Shown here: positions 10,372-18,879 of the stretch, piece by piece
Position numbering within the stretch: position 1 is the stretch's first letter
How the letters are laid out: each line of letters begins with the position of its first letter
NCBI GenBank assembly: GCA_963823765.1
Contig: CAWGML010000003.1
Span: forward strand, 99,329-163,328
Reading direction: 5' to 3'
DNA: 64,000 nucleotides
From: Candidatus Dormiibacterota bacterium
GTDB taxonomy: Bacteria > Chloroflexota > Dormibacteria > Aeolococcales > Aeolococcaceae
Translations under genes and position numbers: made by a program
Notes under the pieces: generated by a model
Databases searched by the model: none
What the model saw: the letters and a program-made list of their open reading frames with translations, nothing else
What the model was told of the DNA's origin: nothing

Positions 10372-10525
10372 CGGCGCGATTCATCGCGCCGAGTGGGGAG
10401 TGAAGGCGTCCGGCTCTGCCGAACGGCTGAGAGGGGCGCATCGCCCCTCTGAAGGGCACAGGGGGCCCCCGCGCGGCAGAGCCGCGGGGGGAGAGGGCGA
10501 CCCCCCGCGGCTGTGCCGCGGGGGG
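10372..10525. repeat. Cluster of four GC-rich palindromes (REP/BIME-like)
   Basis: Stems at 10372-10391 (CGGCGCGA/TCGCGCCG), 10430-10450 (AGAGGGGCG/CGCCCCTCT), 10466-10491 and 10501-10525 (CCCCCCGCGGC/GCCGCGGGGGG). The last two are near-identical in opposite orientation. Confidence 0.6.
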
Positions 10526-10645
10526 ATCCAGGCGCCGGATGAGGTCGGCCTCGACGAAGACGTGAAGCCGGGGGTGGTGTGGGTTCCCGGCGCCTGCTGC
10601 CCATGGTCCCGATGAAAGGGTTACCCCCCACATCTAGTGGTCCCG
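10525..10645 (-). ncRNA. Candidate promoter-driven structured small RNA (unassigned)
   Basis: An extended -10 (TG-G-TACTGT, 10659-10651) precedes a non-coding stretch. The stretch folds into a CAGGCGCCGG/CCGGCGCCTG stem, an internal bubble and a CGGCTTC/GAGGCCG upper stem. Confidence 0.3.
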
Positions 10646-10751
10646 TCGAGACAGTACCACAGCATGCGGGGCCATGTGTGCTCGCGGACGGCGCGAGCGA
10701 TGCGGCGTGTCCCGCCCCCTCGGAGCCACTCCGGTACGCTTGCCCGCGCGC

Positions 10752-11171
10752 ATGGCCAAGAAGACCCGCAAGCAGAAGCAGCGCGCCGTCCAACGGCGCC
10801 CCAGCCCGGCGGTGGCGCCGCCCACGTCCAGCGCCCCCACAGGCGTGGCCGTCGAGGCCGAGGATCTCCAGCCCGCCCCCACGACCCTGGCCTCCCCCTC
10901 CGCCTCGGTCGCCGTCGACCTGGGCAGCGTCGAGCCCGGCCGGCGCCGGGTCGAGCGGGTGTCGCCCGCCGCTGCACCCATCGGCCGTGCCCGGCCCGCG
11001 CGCGGCCAGAACACCAGCTACATCCAGCCCCTCGACACCGAGGACGCAGCCATCCCATTCGACCGCGTTCCGTACGTGCCCGCCGACCTGCGCCGGGTGG
11101 CCGTCATCGCGGGGCTGATGATCGCGCTCATCATCGTTGCAGACATCATTGTCAGCAACGTGGTGAAGTAG
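10752..11171 (+). CDS. Hypothetical tail-anchored membrane protein
   Basis: Basic N-terminus (MAKKTRKQKQR), Pro/Ala-rich middle, and a single hydrophobic helix VAVIAGLMIALIIVADIIV followed only by SNVVK. TACGCT -10 at 10735-10740. Confidence 0.75.
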   Translation: MAKKTRKQKQRAVQRRPSPAVAPPTSSAPTGVAVEAEDLQPAPTTLASPSASVAVDLGSVEPGRRRVERVSPAAAPIGRARPARGQNTSYIQPLDTEDAAIPFDRVPYVPADLRRVAVIAGLMIALIIVADIIVSNVVK

Positions 11172-11176
11172 GCGCT

Positions 11177-12349
11177 GTGCGGGTAATCCTCTACACCGGC
11201 AAGGGCGGGGTGGGCAAGACGACGGTCGCTGCCGCCACCGCGGTCAGGTGCGCCAACCTCGGTCACCGCACGCTGATCATCTCGACGGACGCAGCCCACT
11301 CCCTCGGGGATTCCTTCGACATGGAGCTTGGTGACCACCCCACCAAGGTGGGCACCAACCTGTACGCGCAGGAGATCAACGCGCTGCACGAGATGGAGGA
11401 GCACTGGGAGCGCGTCCACCGCTACCTGATCGCCCTGTTCGCGTCGTGGGGCGTGGACGACTTCGTCGCCGAGGAGATGGCCACACCGCCAGGGATGGAG
11501 GAGGTGGCCAGCCTCATGTGGATCAAGCGCCACAAGGAGGAGGGAAAGTTCGACGTCGTCATCGTGGACTGCGCGCCCACCGGCGAGACCCTCCAGCTCC
11601 TCGCCTTCCCGGACGTGGCGCGCTGGTACCTCACCAAGATCTTCCCGCTCGAACGCAAGGTGTGGAAGGTGGCCAGGCCGATGGTGCAGCCTTTCACCAG
11701 CATCCCGCTGCCCACCGACGACATCTTCGGCCACGTCAAGGACCTGCTCTTCGACCTCGATGGCATGAAGAACATCCTCGGCGACCCCGAGGTGTGCACC
11801 ATCCGCCTGGTCCTCAACCTCGAGAAGATGGTCGTGAAGGAGGCGCAAAGAGCCTTCACGTATCTCTGTCTCTACGACTACCTCACCGACCTGGTCGTGG
11901 TCAACCGCGTCCTTCCCGACGAGGTCACCGACCAGTACTTCGACGCCTGGCACAAGTCGCAGAAGAAGTATGACGCGCTCGTCGACACCGCCTTCTCACC
12001 GGTGCCGATCCGGCGCACGCCCCTCTTCAACCACGAGATCGTGGGGCTGAAGTCGCTCGCCGAGATGGCCGAGGCGATATTCGGCGACACCGACCCCACC
12101 CAGCGCTTCCACACCACGGTGTCCCAGAGCCTCAAGAAGGTCGGCACCGGGTACGAGCTGCACCTCCAGCTTCCGTTCGTGGGCAAGGACGACGTCGACA
12201 TCACGCATCGGCCTGGTGAGCTCTTCGTCAGCGTGGGACCGTACAAGCGCGAGATCAGCCTGCCTCGGGTGCTCAACGGCACCAAGGTCACCAGGGGCAA
12301 GCTGGACGAGGGAGTGTTGCGGGTGACGTTCTCCGGGGCCGCGAGATGA
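11177..12349 (+). CDS. ArsA/Get3-family ATPase with C-terminal HSP20/alpha-crystallin-like domain
   Basis: Deviant Walker A GKGGVGKTT, STDAAHSL and switch II DCAPTGETL. Single ATPase domain plus a beta-rich C-terminus (YELHLQLPFVGKDDV...LPRVL...LRVTF). GTG start 11177. Confidence 0.9.
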   Translation: MRVILYTGKGGVGKTTVAAATAVRCANLGHRTLIISTDAAHSLGDSFDMELGDHPTKVGTNLYAQEINALHEMEEHWERVHRYLIALFASWGVDDFVAEEMATPPGMEEVASLMWIKRHKEEGKFDVVIVDCAPTGETLQLLAFPDVARWYLTKIFPLERKVWKVARPMVQPFTSIPLPTDDIFGHVKDLLFDLDGMKNILGDPEVCTIRLVLNLEKMVVKEAQRAFTYLCLYDYLTDLVVVNRVLPDEVTDQYFDAWHKSQKKYDALVDTAFSPVPIRRTPLFNHEIVGLKSLAEMAEAIFGDTDPTQRFHTTVSQSLKKVGTGYELHLQLPFVGKDDVDITHRPGELFVSVGPYKREISLPRVLNGTKVTRGKLDEGVLRVTFSGAAR

Positions 12350-12591
12350 CGGACGAGGGGTACTCCCCGCCCAAGCTGCTCAGCGACGCCGCCCGTCTGC
12401 TGGCCAACTCTCTCAGCGAGATCGTCCCGCCGGAGGCGCAGCTCCACCTGCTCAACGCGCAGCGCGAGCTGCTGCTCGCCGTCGCCGTGATCATCGAGCA
12501 CAACAGTGGCCGCACTCCGCGGCGGCCGCGTGCGCGCACGCCAGCCACCACGCGAGCGTCGCGGCGACCCAAGCGCGTCGAGCTCGATTGA
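12346..12591 (+). CDS. Small helical hypothetical protein (81 aa) coupled to the ArsA/Get3 gene
   Basis: ATGA overlaps at both ends; amphipathic core HLLNAQRELLLAVAVIIEH. Confidence 0.65.
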   Translation: MTDEGYSPPKLLSDAARLLANSLSEIVPPEAQLHLLNAQRELLLAVAVIIEHNSGRTPRRPRARTPATTRASRRPKRVELD

Positions 12592-13148
12592 GCCGGCGCG
12601 AGCGCCGGGCGCGCCGACCGCCGCACGTTGTCGTGGGCGGGGTGGTATGGCCGGTGCAGGGCGCGCAGGTGGCCATCGTCGACGGTCCACGCGTCCTGCT
12701 CCAGCTGCGGCCCTTCCCACCGGGCTGGGAGCTGCCCGGCGGTCACATCGAACCCGATGAGGACCCGGCTCAGACCGCGGTGCGCGAGGCCGAGGAGGAG
12801 ACCGGCTACCAGGTCACCATCCGTGGATTGGTGGGCGTGTACTCGTGGAGCGGCCTGCGCAACGCCGCCGATGCGGTGTTCCTCGCTGAGATAGCCGGTG
12901 GACGAGCGCGGTGGAGCATCGAGGCGATGCGCACGGTCTTCGTCAGCGCCGATCGGATTCCGCGCACAGCGTTTCCGTGGTGCCGGCAGCGGGTCTACGA
13001 CGCCCTGGCGCGATCGGAAGGCGCGCCCCCTGTGCATCGCGTGCAGCCGGTGACACCGCGCACGGTCGTGGCTTTCGGCACCAGCTGGCTGAGCGGTCCG
13101 CTGGACCGCCTCCGTGGGCGGAGACGACATGACGACGACGACGCCTGA
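12588..13148 (+). CDS. NUDIX hydrolase
   Basis: Nudix box GGHIEPDEDPAQTAVREAEEETGY. Confidence 0.9.
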   Translation: MSRRERRARRPPHVVVGGVVWPVQGAQVAIVDGPRVLLQLRPFPPGWELPGGHIEPDEDPAQTAVREAEEETGYQVTIRGLVGVYSWSGLRNAADAVFLAEIAGGRARWSIEAMRTVFVSADRIPRTAFPWCRQRVYDALARSEGAPPVHRVQPVTPRTVVAFGTSWLSGPLDRLRGRRRHDDDDA

Positions 13149-13193
13149 GCTCCCTCCCCTGGGGCGCGGCCGGCCCGGTTACGCTGCCCGGCC

Positions 13194-14183
13194 GTGAGCA
13201 GCGCCCTTCTCTTCGCAGCCGGCCTCCTGCTCATCGTCGCCGCGTCTGAGCTGTTCACCAACGCGGTGGAGTGGGCGGGCTTCCGCATGAAGCTGGCCAG
13301 CGGTGCCACCGGCTCCCTGCTCGCGGCGATGGGCACATCCCTGCCGGAGACGGTGGTGCCGATCGTCGCGCTGGTCAAGGCGGAGCCCTCCGCGCCGTCC
13401 GTGGCCATCGGGGCGGTGCTCGGCTCGGCCTTCCTGCTGCTGGGCATGGGAACCGCCGTGACCGCGTGCGCGGTGTTGCTGCGCAGTCGCAGGCGCCGTC
13501 TCGAGCTCGACGCGCCCCAGGTGCGCCGTGACCTCGGCCTCTTCGTGGGGGGGTTCTCGCTGGTGCTCATCGCCGTGCTGCTGCCGCGAACGCTGCGCAT
13601 CGTCCTGGGGGTGTGCCTGCTCCTCGCATACGCGCTGTACGTGCGCGCCACCCTGCGCGGCGGCTCACCGACCGAGACGAGGCCCGAACCGTTGCACCTG
13701 GTTCGCTGGCGCAGCGGTGAGCCGGCGTCCCTGTTGGTGGCGGTGCAGCTGCTCGTCGCGGTGGCGATGCTGATCGTCGGTTCCGACGTCTTCGTGAGCG
13801 CTCTCAACCAGGTGGCCGTCTCGCTGCACACCAACCCGCTGACACTCGCGCTGATCGTCATCCCGGTGGCCACCGAGCTGCCCGAGACTCTGAACAGCGT
13901 TCTCTGGGTCCGCAGTGGCGACGATCATCTTGCCTTCGGCAACGTCGCCGGCTCGGCGGCATTCCAGGCTTGCGTCCTGGGGTTCATCGGGCTCAGCTTC
14001 ACGCCGTGGCGGCCCGACTTCAACGGTGTCCTGGGCGGGCTGCTGACGTTGGGCACGGCCGTGTACCTGTTCGCGCTGCTCCGCGGCGGCTCGGCGCACG
14101 GCCGCTGGCTGGTCCTCGCCGGCCTTCCGTGGCTGGGATACGTGGTCGCCGAGCTGCTCGCAGGGGGCAGGCTGGGGGGCTAG
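13194..14183 (+). CDS. Sodium:calcium antiporter family (CaCA/YrbG-like)
   Basis: Alpha repeats AMGTSLPE and VATELPE; about 10 hydrophobic segments. Confidence 0.88.
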   Translation: MSSALLFAAGLLLIVAASELFTNAVEWAGFRMKLASGATGSLLAAMGTSLPETVVPIVALVKAEPSAPSVAIGAVLGSAFLLLGMGTAVTACAVLLRSRRRRLELDAPQVRRDLGLFVGGFSLVLIAVLLPRTLRIVLGVCLLLAYALYVRATLRGGSPTETRPEPLHLVRWRSGEPASLLVAVQLLVAVAMLIVGSDVFVSALNQVAVSLHTNPLTLALIVIPVATELPETLNSVLWVRSGDDHLAFGNVAGSAAFQACVLGFIGLSFTPWRPDFNGVLGGLLTLGTAVYLFALLRGGSAHGRWLVLAGLPWLGYVVAELLAGGRLGG

Positions 14184-14254
14184 CGGGGGACGCCGGGCCG
14201 CCCCGCCCCTGTAAGTTACGGCGGCCCACGCAACCATCACACCGAGGAAGCACG

Positions 14255-15160
14255 ATGAACCTGGAAGGCAAGATCGCGGTTGTCACCGGCAGCGGCCGCG
14301 GCATCGGCCGCGCCTATGCGCGCGCTCTCGCCGAGGCAGGTTGCGCGGTGGTGATCAACGACGTCGACGCCGAAGTCGCCGAGCAGACGGTCACGGAGCT
14401 GACCGAGAGCGGGGCCAAGGCGGTCGCGGAGGTGGTGGCTGTGGGCAGCACCGAGGCCGCCGAACGGCTGGTGCAGCGCGCGGTCGACAGCTTCGGCGGC
14501 ATCGACATCATGTGCACAAACGCGGGCATCCTGCGCGACCGCGTCGTCTGGAAGATGTCCGACGAGGACTTCGATGCGGTCATCGAGACCCACATGCGCG
14601 GCACATTCACCTGCGCGCGCGCGGCCGCCGTGCGCATGCGCGAGCAGGGACGCGGGGGTCGCATCGTGGTGGTCTCCTCGTGGGCCGGCCAGCGCGGCAA
14701 CTTCGGCCAGACCAACTACGCGGGCGCCAAGGCCGGCATCGCCGCGTTCGCGCGCACCTGGGCCATGGAGCTGGCGCGCGCCGAGGTCACCGTCAACGCC
14801 ATCGTCCCCAACGCCATCACCCGCATGATCGCCAGCATCCCGGGCATGGCGGAGATGGTCGACAACGCGGAGAAGGGCGAGCCCCTGCCCGACCTGATCC
14901 GCAAGCAGATGGGCATGGGCATGCCCGAGGACGTCGCCCCGCTGCTCGTCTTCCTCTGCTCGGACGCGGCCAAGGGCGTCACCGGGCAGTGCATCGGGCT
15001 GGGCGGCGACAAGCTGTCGCTGTGGTCGCACCCCCACGAGATCAGCGCCGCATATCGCGACGGTGGCTGGACGGCCGACGCCATCGCGGAGGTCTGGTCG
15101 TCCTCGGTGGGGGCGAACCTGGAGACGTACGGGATCCCGTTCCTCGGCGGCGGCCAGTAG
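14255..15160 (+). CDS. SDR-family oxidoreductase (FabG/MFE-2-like)
   Basis: TGSGRGIG, TNAGILRD and NYAGAK (YxxxK). GAGGAAG RBS before ATG 14255. Confidence 0.92.
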   Translation: MNLEGKIAVVTGSGRGIGRAYARALAEAGCAVVINDVDAEVAEQTVTELTESGAKAVAEVVAVGSTEAAERLVQRAVDSFGGIDIMCTNAGILRDRVVWKMSDEDFDAVIETHMRGTFTCARAAAVRMREQGRGGRIVVVSSWAGQRGNFGQTNYAGAKAGIAAFARTWAMELARAEVTVNAIVPNAITRMIASIPGMAEMVDNAEKGEPLPDLIRKQMGMGMPEDVAPLLVFLCSDAAKGVTGQCIGLGGDKLSLWSHPHEISAAYRDGGWTADAIAEVWSSSVGANLETYGIPFLGGGQ

Positions 15161-15179
15161 CAGCGTCTCACCCAGCGCG

Positions 15180-15926
15180 ATGAGCCTGCGCGACTTCGTG
15201 CTGGTTCTCGCCGGTGGGCTGGTGGCGGGCACGGCCAACACGATCGCCGGCGGCGGCTCGCTCCTGACATTCCCGCTGCTCGTCGCCCTCGGCCTGCCCC
15301 CGCTCGACGCCAATGTCACGAACACCGTGGGCATCGTTCCCGCGGCGCTCGGCGGCGTCATCGGCATGCAACGCGAGCTCCGCGGGCAGCGGGCGCGGCT
15401 GCTCGCGCTGCTGCCGTTCTCGGTGGTGGGGGCGACGGCCGGTGCGGTGCTGCTCCTGACCACCCCCGCGCAGGCATTCAACAGGGTGGTGCCGCTGCTC
15501 ATCCTCGTCGCCTGCGTCATCCTCCTCCTGCAGCGGCGCATCGCGTCCCTTCTCGAGGGGCGGCGCGCGCGCAGGGCCTGGCTGCTCCGCGCCGGCATGC
15601 TGGCCGCTGCCGTGTACGGCGGTTACTTCGGGGCTGCTGTCAGCGTCATCGTCCTCGCCATCCTCGCGGTCACCGTGGCTGATTCGCTGCAGCGGCTCAA
15701 TGCCGTCAAGGTCCCGCTGGCGGGCGCCATGAACCTGGTGTCCGGCATCGCGTTCTGCTTCTTCGCGCCCGTGCACTGGGCGTACGCGCTCGTGCTGGCG
15801 CCGTCGGCGCTGGTCGGCGGCCGGATCGGCGCCGCGGCGGCGCGGCGGATCCCCGACCAGCCGCTGCGCTACGCCGTGATCGTGCTCGGCCTGGTCGCCG
15901 CCGCGTGGCTGCAGTTCAAGCGCTAA
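15180..15926 (+). CDS. Sulfite exporter TauE/SafE family protein
   Basis: AGTANTIAGGGSLLTFP, ANVTNT, YGGYFGAA and LQRLNAVK; highly hydrophobic. Confidence 0.88.
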   Translation: MSLRDFVLVLAGGLVAGTANTIAGGGSLLTFPLLVALGLPPLDANVTNTVGIVPAALGGVIGMQRELRGQRARLLALLPFSVVGATAGAVLLLTTPAQAFNRVVPLLILVACVILLLQRRIASLLEGRRARRAWLLRAGMLAAAVYGGYFGAAVSVIVLAILAVTVADSLQRLNAVKVPLAGAMNLVSGIAFCFFAPVHWAYALVLAPSALVGGRIGAAAARRIPDQPLRYAVIVLGLVAAAWLQFKR

Positions 15927-15928
15927 GG

Positions 15929-16012
15929 GCGAAGGGGAAACTGGCGTTCCCCCCTCGGACACCCCCCAGCACTGCGGTGTCTACTCCGGCGACATGAAGT
16001 CGCCTGCGTCGA
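15929..16012 (+). repeat. Copy 2 of the ~82-bp structured dispersed repeat, 2 nt after the TauE stop codon
   Basis: Homologous to 10256-10337. The distal hairpin GGCGAC-ATGAA-GTCGCC shows a compensatory pair change relative to copy 1. Confidence 0.8.
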
Positions 16013-16082
16013 CGGGCGTCGACGGCGTCGACGGGCGAAGGGGACTCGCGATCCGGCACGCCCTGCCTGAGACAATGCGGCG

Positions 16083-16964
16083 GTGCTCATCGGCGCCCAC
16101 GTGTCGACGCGCGGCGGCATCCACAACGCGGTCGACAACGCCGTCGCCATCGGCGCCGAGGTGGTGCAGACGCACCCCACGTCGGCACAGCAGTGGCGCC
16201 CCTTGCGGCTCGACGAGGCCGTGCGCCAGGCCTACCTGGAGAGGTACGCGTCATCAGGACTGCGCGGGCACTACCTGCACGCCGTGTACCTCATCAACCT
16301 GGCCACGCCCAAAGAGGCCCTGCTGCGCCAGTCCACCGACTCGCTGGTGCACTACATGCGGATCGCCGAGCTGCTCGACGCCGACGGCGTCGTCTTCCAC
16401 CCCGGCTCACACCTCGGCGTCGGGTTCGATGGAACGCTTGAACAGGTGGTCACGGCGATGCGCGAGGTGCTCGACACCGTGCCGCGCTCGCCGGCCAAGC
16501 TCATCATCGAGAACAGCGCCGGTTCGGGCGGATGTGTCGGGCGCAGTTTCAGGGAGTTGGGTCGCATCGTCACGGCGGTTGGGTCGGACCGCGTCGGCGT
16601 GTGCCTGGACACCCAGCACATGTTCGCCAGCGGCTACGACGTGCGCACGCGCGAGCAGGTGACCGCAACCCTCGATCGGTTCGATGCCGACGTCGGGTTC
16701 CGCCGCCTGGCGCTGGTGCACGCCAATGACTCGCGCACGCCGTTGGGAAGCAATGTCGACCGCCACGCCAACATCGGCGAGGGCGAGATGGGGATCGAGG
16801 CCTTCGCGCTCCTGTTCGAGGATGGACGGCTCAACGGTGTGCCGTGGATCATCGAGGTGCCCGGCGAGGAGCACCGCGGGCCCGACCTGCCCAACATCAA
16901 CAGGCTGCGCGAGTGCGCGGGCCTGCCCGTGCGTGCCCACGGTGAGCCGGTGGTCTCGCGCTAG
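16083..16964 (+). CDS. nfo: Endonuclease IV (deoxyribonuclease IV)
   Basis: LIGAHVS, HAVYLINLA, VFHPGSH, ENSAG, CLDTQHMFASGYD, HANDS, DRHANIGEG and IIEVP zinc ligands. Confidence 0.95.
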   Translation: MLIGAHVSTRGGIHNAVDNAVAIGAEVVQTHPTSAQQWRPLRLDEAVRQAYLERYASSGLRGHYLHAVYLINLATPKEALLRQSTDSLVHYMRIAELLDADGVVFHPGSHLGVGFDGTLEQVVTAMREVLDTVPRSPAKLIIENSAGSGGCVGRSFRELGRIVTAVGSDRVGVCLDTQHMFASGYDVRTREQVTATLDRFDADVGFRRLALVHANDSRTPLGSNVDRHANIGEGEMGIEAFALLFEDGRLNGVPWIIEVPGEEHRGPDLPNINRLRECAGLPVRAHGEPVVSR

Positions 16965-17689
16965 TCCGGCGCGGGCGGCGGGGGCGGCCCAGGCGGCGGA
17001 GCGGCGCCCGGAGGGGCATGGACGATGCGGATGACAGGTCCCGCCAGGAGGGCCGCGAGGTTCACCGCCACCGCGAGGAACAGTGCAACGAGCACCAGGG
17101 TGAACCCGATGGCCGCGTGGATGTTGAAGAAACCACCCACACCGCCGACCTCCGCCAACCCGAGGTTCGGCGATCCGCTGGACATGTTGGCGAGAGCGCT
17201 GATCCGGTCCCGAATGGCGTCATGGACCACGCTGTTGTTGGCGATGACGAGGATGGCTGCGCCAAGGGCAGCGCCCAGCCCGACGGCGTAGCGCAGCGGC
17301 GAGCGGGCGAGCGTGGCGGCGATGCCGACGAGGATGAGCACGAGCACCACGACAAGCAGCGGCTGGACGCCCACTGTCGGTGTCTCGCTCGCGGTCGCCG
17401 AACCGCCCGCGGTCGTGGAACAGCTCGGTGGGATGCCCGCTGTGCTCGGCGCGCTGCCGGTCGTGAGGTTGAGCCCGCTGTAGCTGTAGAGGTCCGTGTT
17501 GGATATTGCCGACAGGCATGCAGACGTCGCCGCCCCGCCGGCAGCTCCGAGGGGCACAGATCCTGCCACTCCCTGGATTGCCGAGCTGTCGCAGGACACG
17601 CCGACGAAGGGCAGGAGGAAGCACAGCGCTGCGAGCACGAGCACGATCGGCGACGCACCGCGCGACGCCCTCTCGACGCTGGTTGGCAT
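16961..17689 (-). CDS. Hypothetical multi-pass membrane protein
   Basis: Four hydrophobic segments (LCFLLPFVGVSC...), Pro-rich C-tail and an upstream AGGGAGAG RBS. Confidence 0.7.
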   Translation of the reverse strand: MPTSVERASRGASPIVLVLAALCFLLPFVGVSCDSSAIQGVAGSVPLGAAGGAATSACLSAISNTDLYSYSGLNLTTGSAPSTAGIPPSCSTTAGGSATASETPTVGVQPLLVVVLVLILVGIAATLARSPLRYAVGLGAALGAAILVIANNSVVHDAIRDRISALANMSSGSPNLGLAEVGGVGGFFNIHAAIGFTLVLVALFLAVAVNLAALLAGPVIRIVHAPPGAAPPPGPPPPPAPD

Positions 17690-17787
17690 GGTGCTCTCCC
17701 TTCGCCTGTGTGTCCGCGCACTCTAGTGGCGGCGTGCGCTGTTGGGGCGATCCGTGGCACGCCGTCGCGCCGCTGTGACCCGGTCGC

Positions 17788-18144
17788 TCAGCCGACGCGA
17801 TCGCCGGGGCGGCAGTCCCCGTCGGGCCGCAGCAGTGCCACGGCCGCAGTACCGCGCTCGTAGGCGCCGAGAACGAGCACCTCACTGCGCACGGGGCCGA
17901 CCTGCCGGGGCGGCAGGTTCACCACGCCCACCACCAGCGTGCCCACCAGCTGTTCGGCTGCGTAGTTGTCCGTCAGTCGCGCCGATGACCGGCGCATGCC
18001 CACCTCTCCGAAGTCGATGAGCATCCGATACGCGGGGCGCCGCGCCTGCGGAAACGGTTCACACTCGACCACACGTCCCACGCGGATGTCGAGGTCGAAG
18101 AACTGTTGTGCGGCCACGGTCGGCGATTCTGGGGTCTCAGCCAT
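17788..18144 (-). CDS. csaA: tRNA-binding/export chaperone CsaA (OB-fold)
   Basis: LDIRVGRVV, PAYRMLIDFG, RRSSARLT..Y, VVNLPPRQVGPVRSEVLVLG and GDRVG. Confidence 0.9.
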   Translation of the reverse strand: MAETPESPTVAAQQFFDLDIRVGRVVECEPFPQARRPAYRMLIDFGEVGMRRSSARLTDNYAAEQLVGTLVVGVVNLPPRQVGPVRSEVLVLGAYERGTAAVALLRPDGDCRPGDRVG

Positions 18145-18188
18145 GGCTGTCTATACTGCCTGCGAGAAACACAATGTGGAGGAGTCGC

Positions 18189-18878
18189 GTGCGTGGCCCG
18201 CGCCGTCTGCTCGTCATCGGGACGTCGCTCGCCGTGCTGGCTGGGTGCGGCTCCAACACGACAGCACTCGACCCCGCTCAGCTTTTGCGAGACGCCAAGA
18301 AGAGCATCGACAGCGCCCCATCCGTGCACTTCGCGCTCACCAGTGAGGGGGTCAGCGGCACCGGCACCCTGATCACCGGCGGACAGGGCGACGCGCGCCG
18401 TCCCAACAGCTTTGCAGGCACGCTCGACGTCGTCGCCGCGGGCTTCCCTGTCACGGTGAACGTCATCTCCACCGGCGGGGTCTTCTACGCCCAGACGCCG
18501 CTGAGCTCCTCATACGACAGGACCGATCCGAGCGCGTACGGTTTCGGTGACCCCGCTCAGCTGCTCGATCCCACCCATGGCCTGTCGAGCCTACTCACCT
18601 CCTGCTCGGGCGCCACCAACAAGTCCGCGGACCTGCTCAACGGTGAGCAGCTCGATGAGGTGGGCTGCAGCATCCCCGGTGCGCTCGTCGCCAAGCTGCT
18701 CACCAGCGCCGACGCGTCGCAGCGAGTCCAGGCCACGGTCGGTGTGGACGCAGCCACCCACCAGCTGCGGCGCGTGGCCCTGCAGGGGCCATTCTTCGAC
18801 AGTGCCCACGCCAGCACGTTCACGGTTGTTCTTGACAAGTACGGCGAGAACGTGACGATCACGCCGCCGGCGGGCTGA
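18189..18878 (+). CDS. LppX/LprAFG-family lipoprotein
   Basis: GGAGGAG RBS and GTG 18189; lipobox LAGC; SVHFAL, DPAQLLDP..GLSSLL and C-terminal YGENVTITPP as recalled for LprG-type proteins. Confidence 0.8.
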   Translation: MRGPRRLLVIGTSLAVLAGCGSNTTALDPAQLLRDAKKSIDSAPSVHFALTSEGVSGTGTLITGGQGDARRPNSFAGTLDVVAAGFPVTVNVISTGGVFYAQTPLSSSYDRTDPSAYGFGDPAQLLDPTHGLSSLLTSCSGATNKSADLLNGEQLDEVGCSIPGALVAKLLTSADASQRVQATVGVDAATHQLRRVALQGPFFDSAHASTFTVVLDKYGENVTITPPAG

Positions 18879-18879
18879 G

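Noticed and set aside
16007-16034. Three tandem CGTCGACGG(G) units after repeat copy 2
   Set aside because: Short and GC-rich, with no spacers; not CRISPR-like and plausibly slippage.
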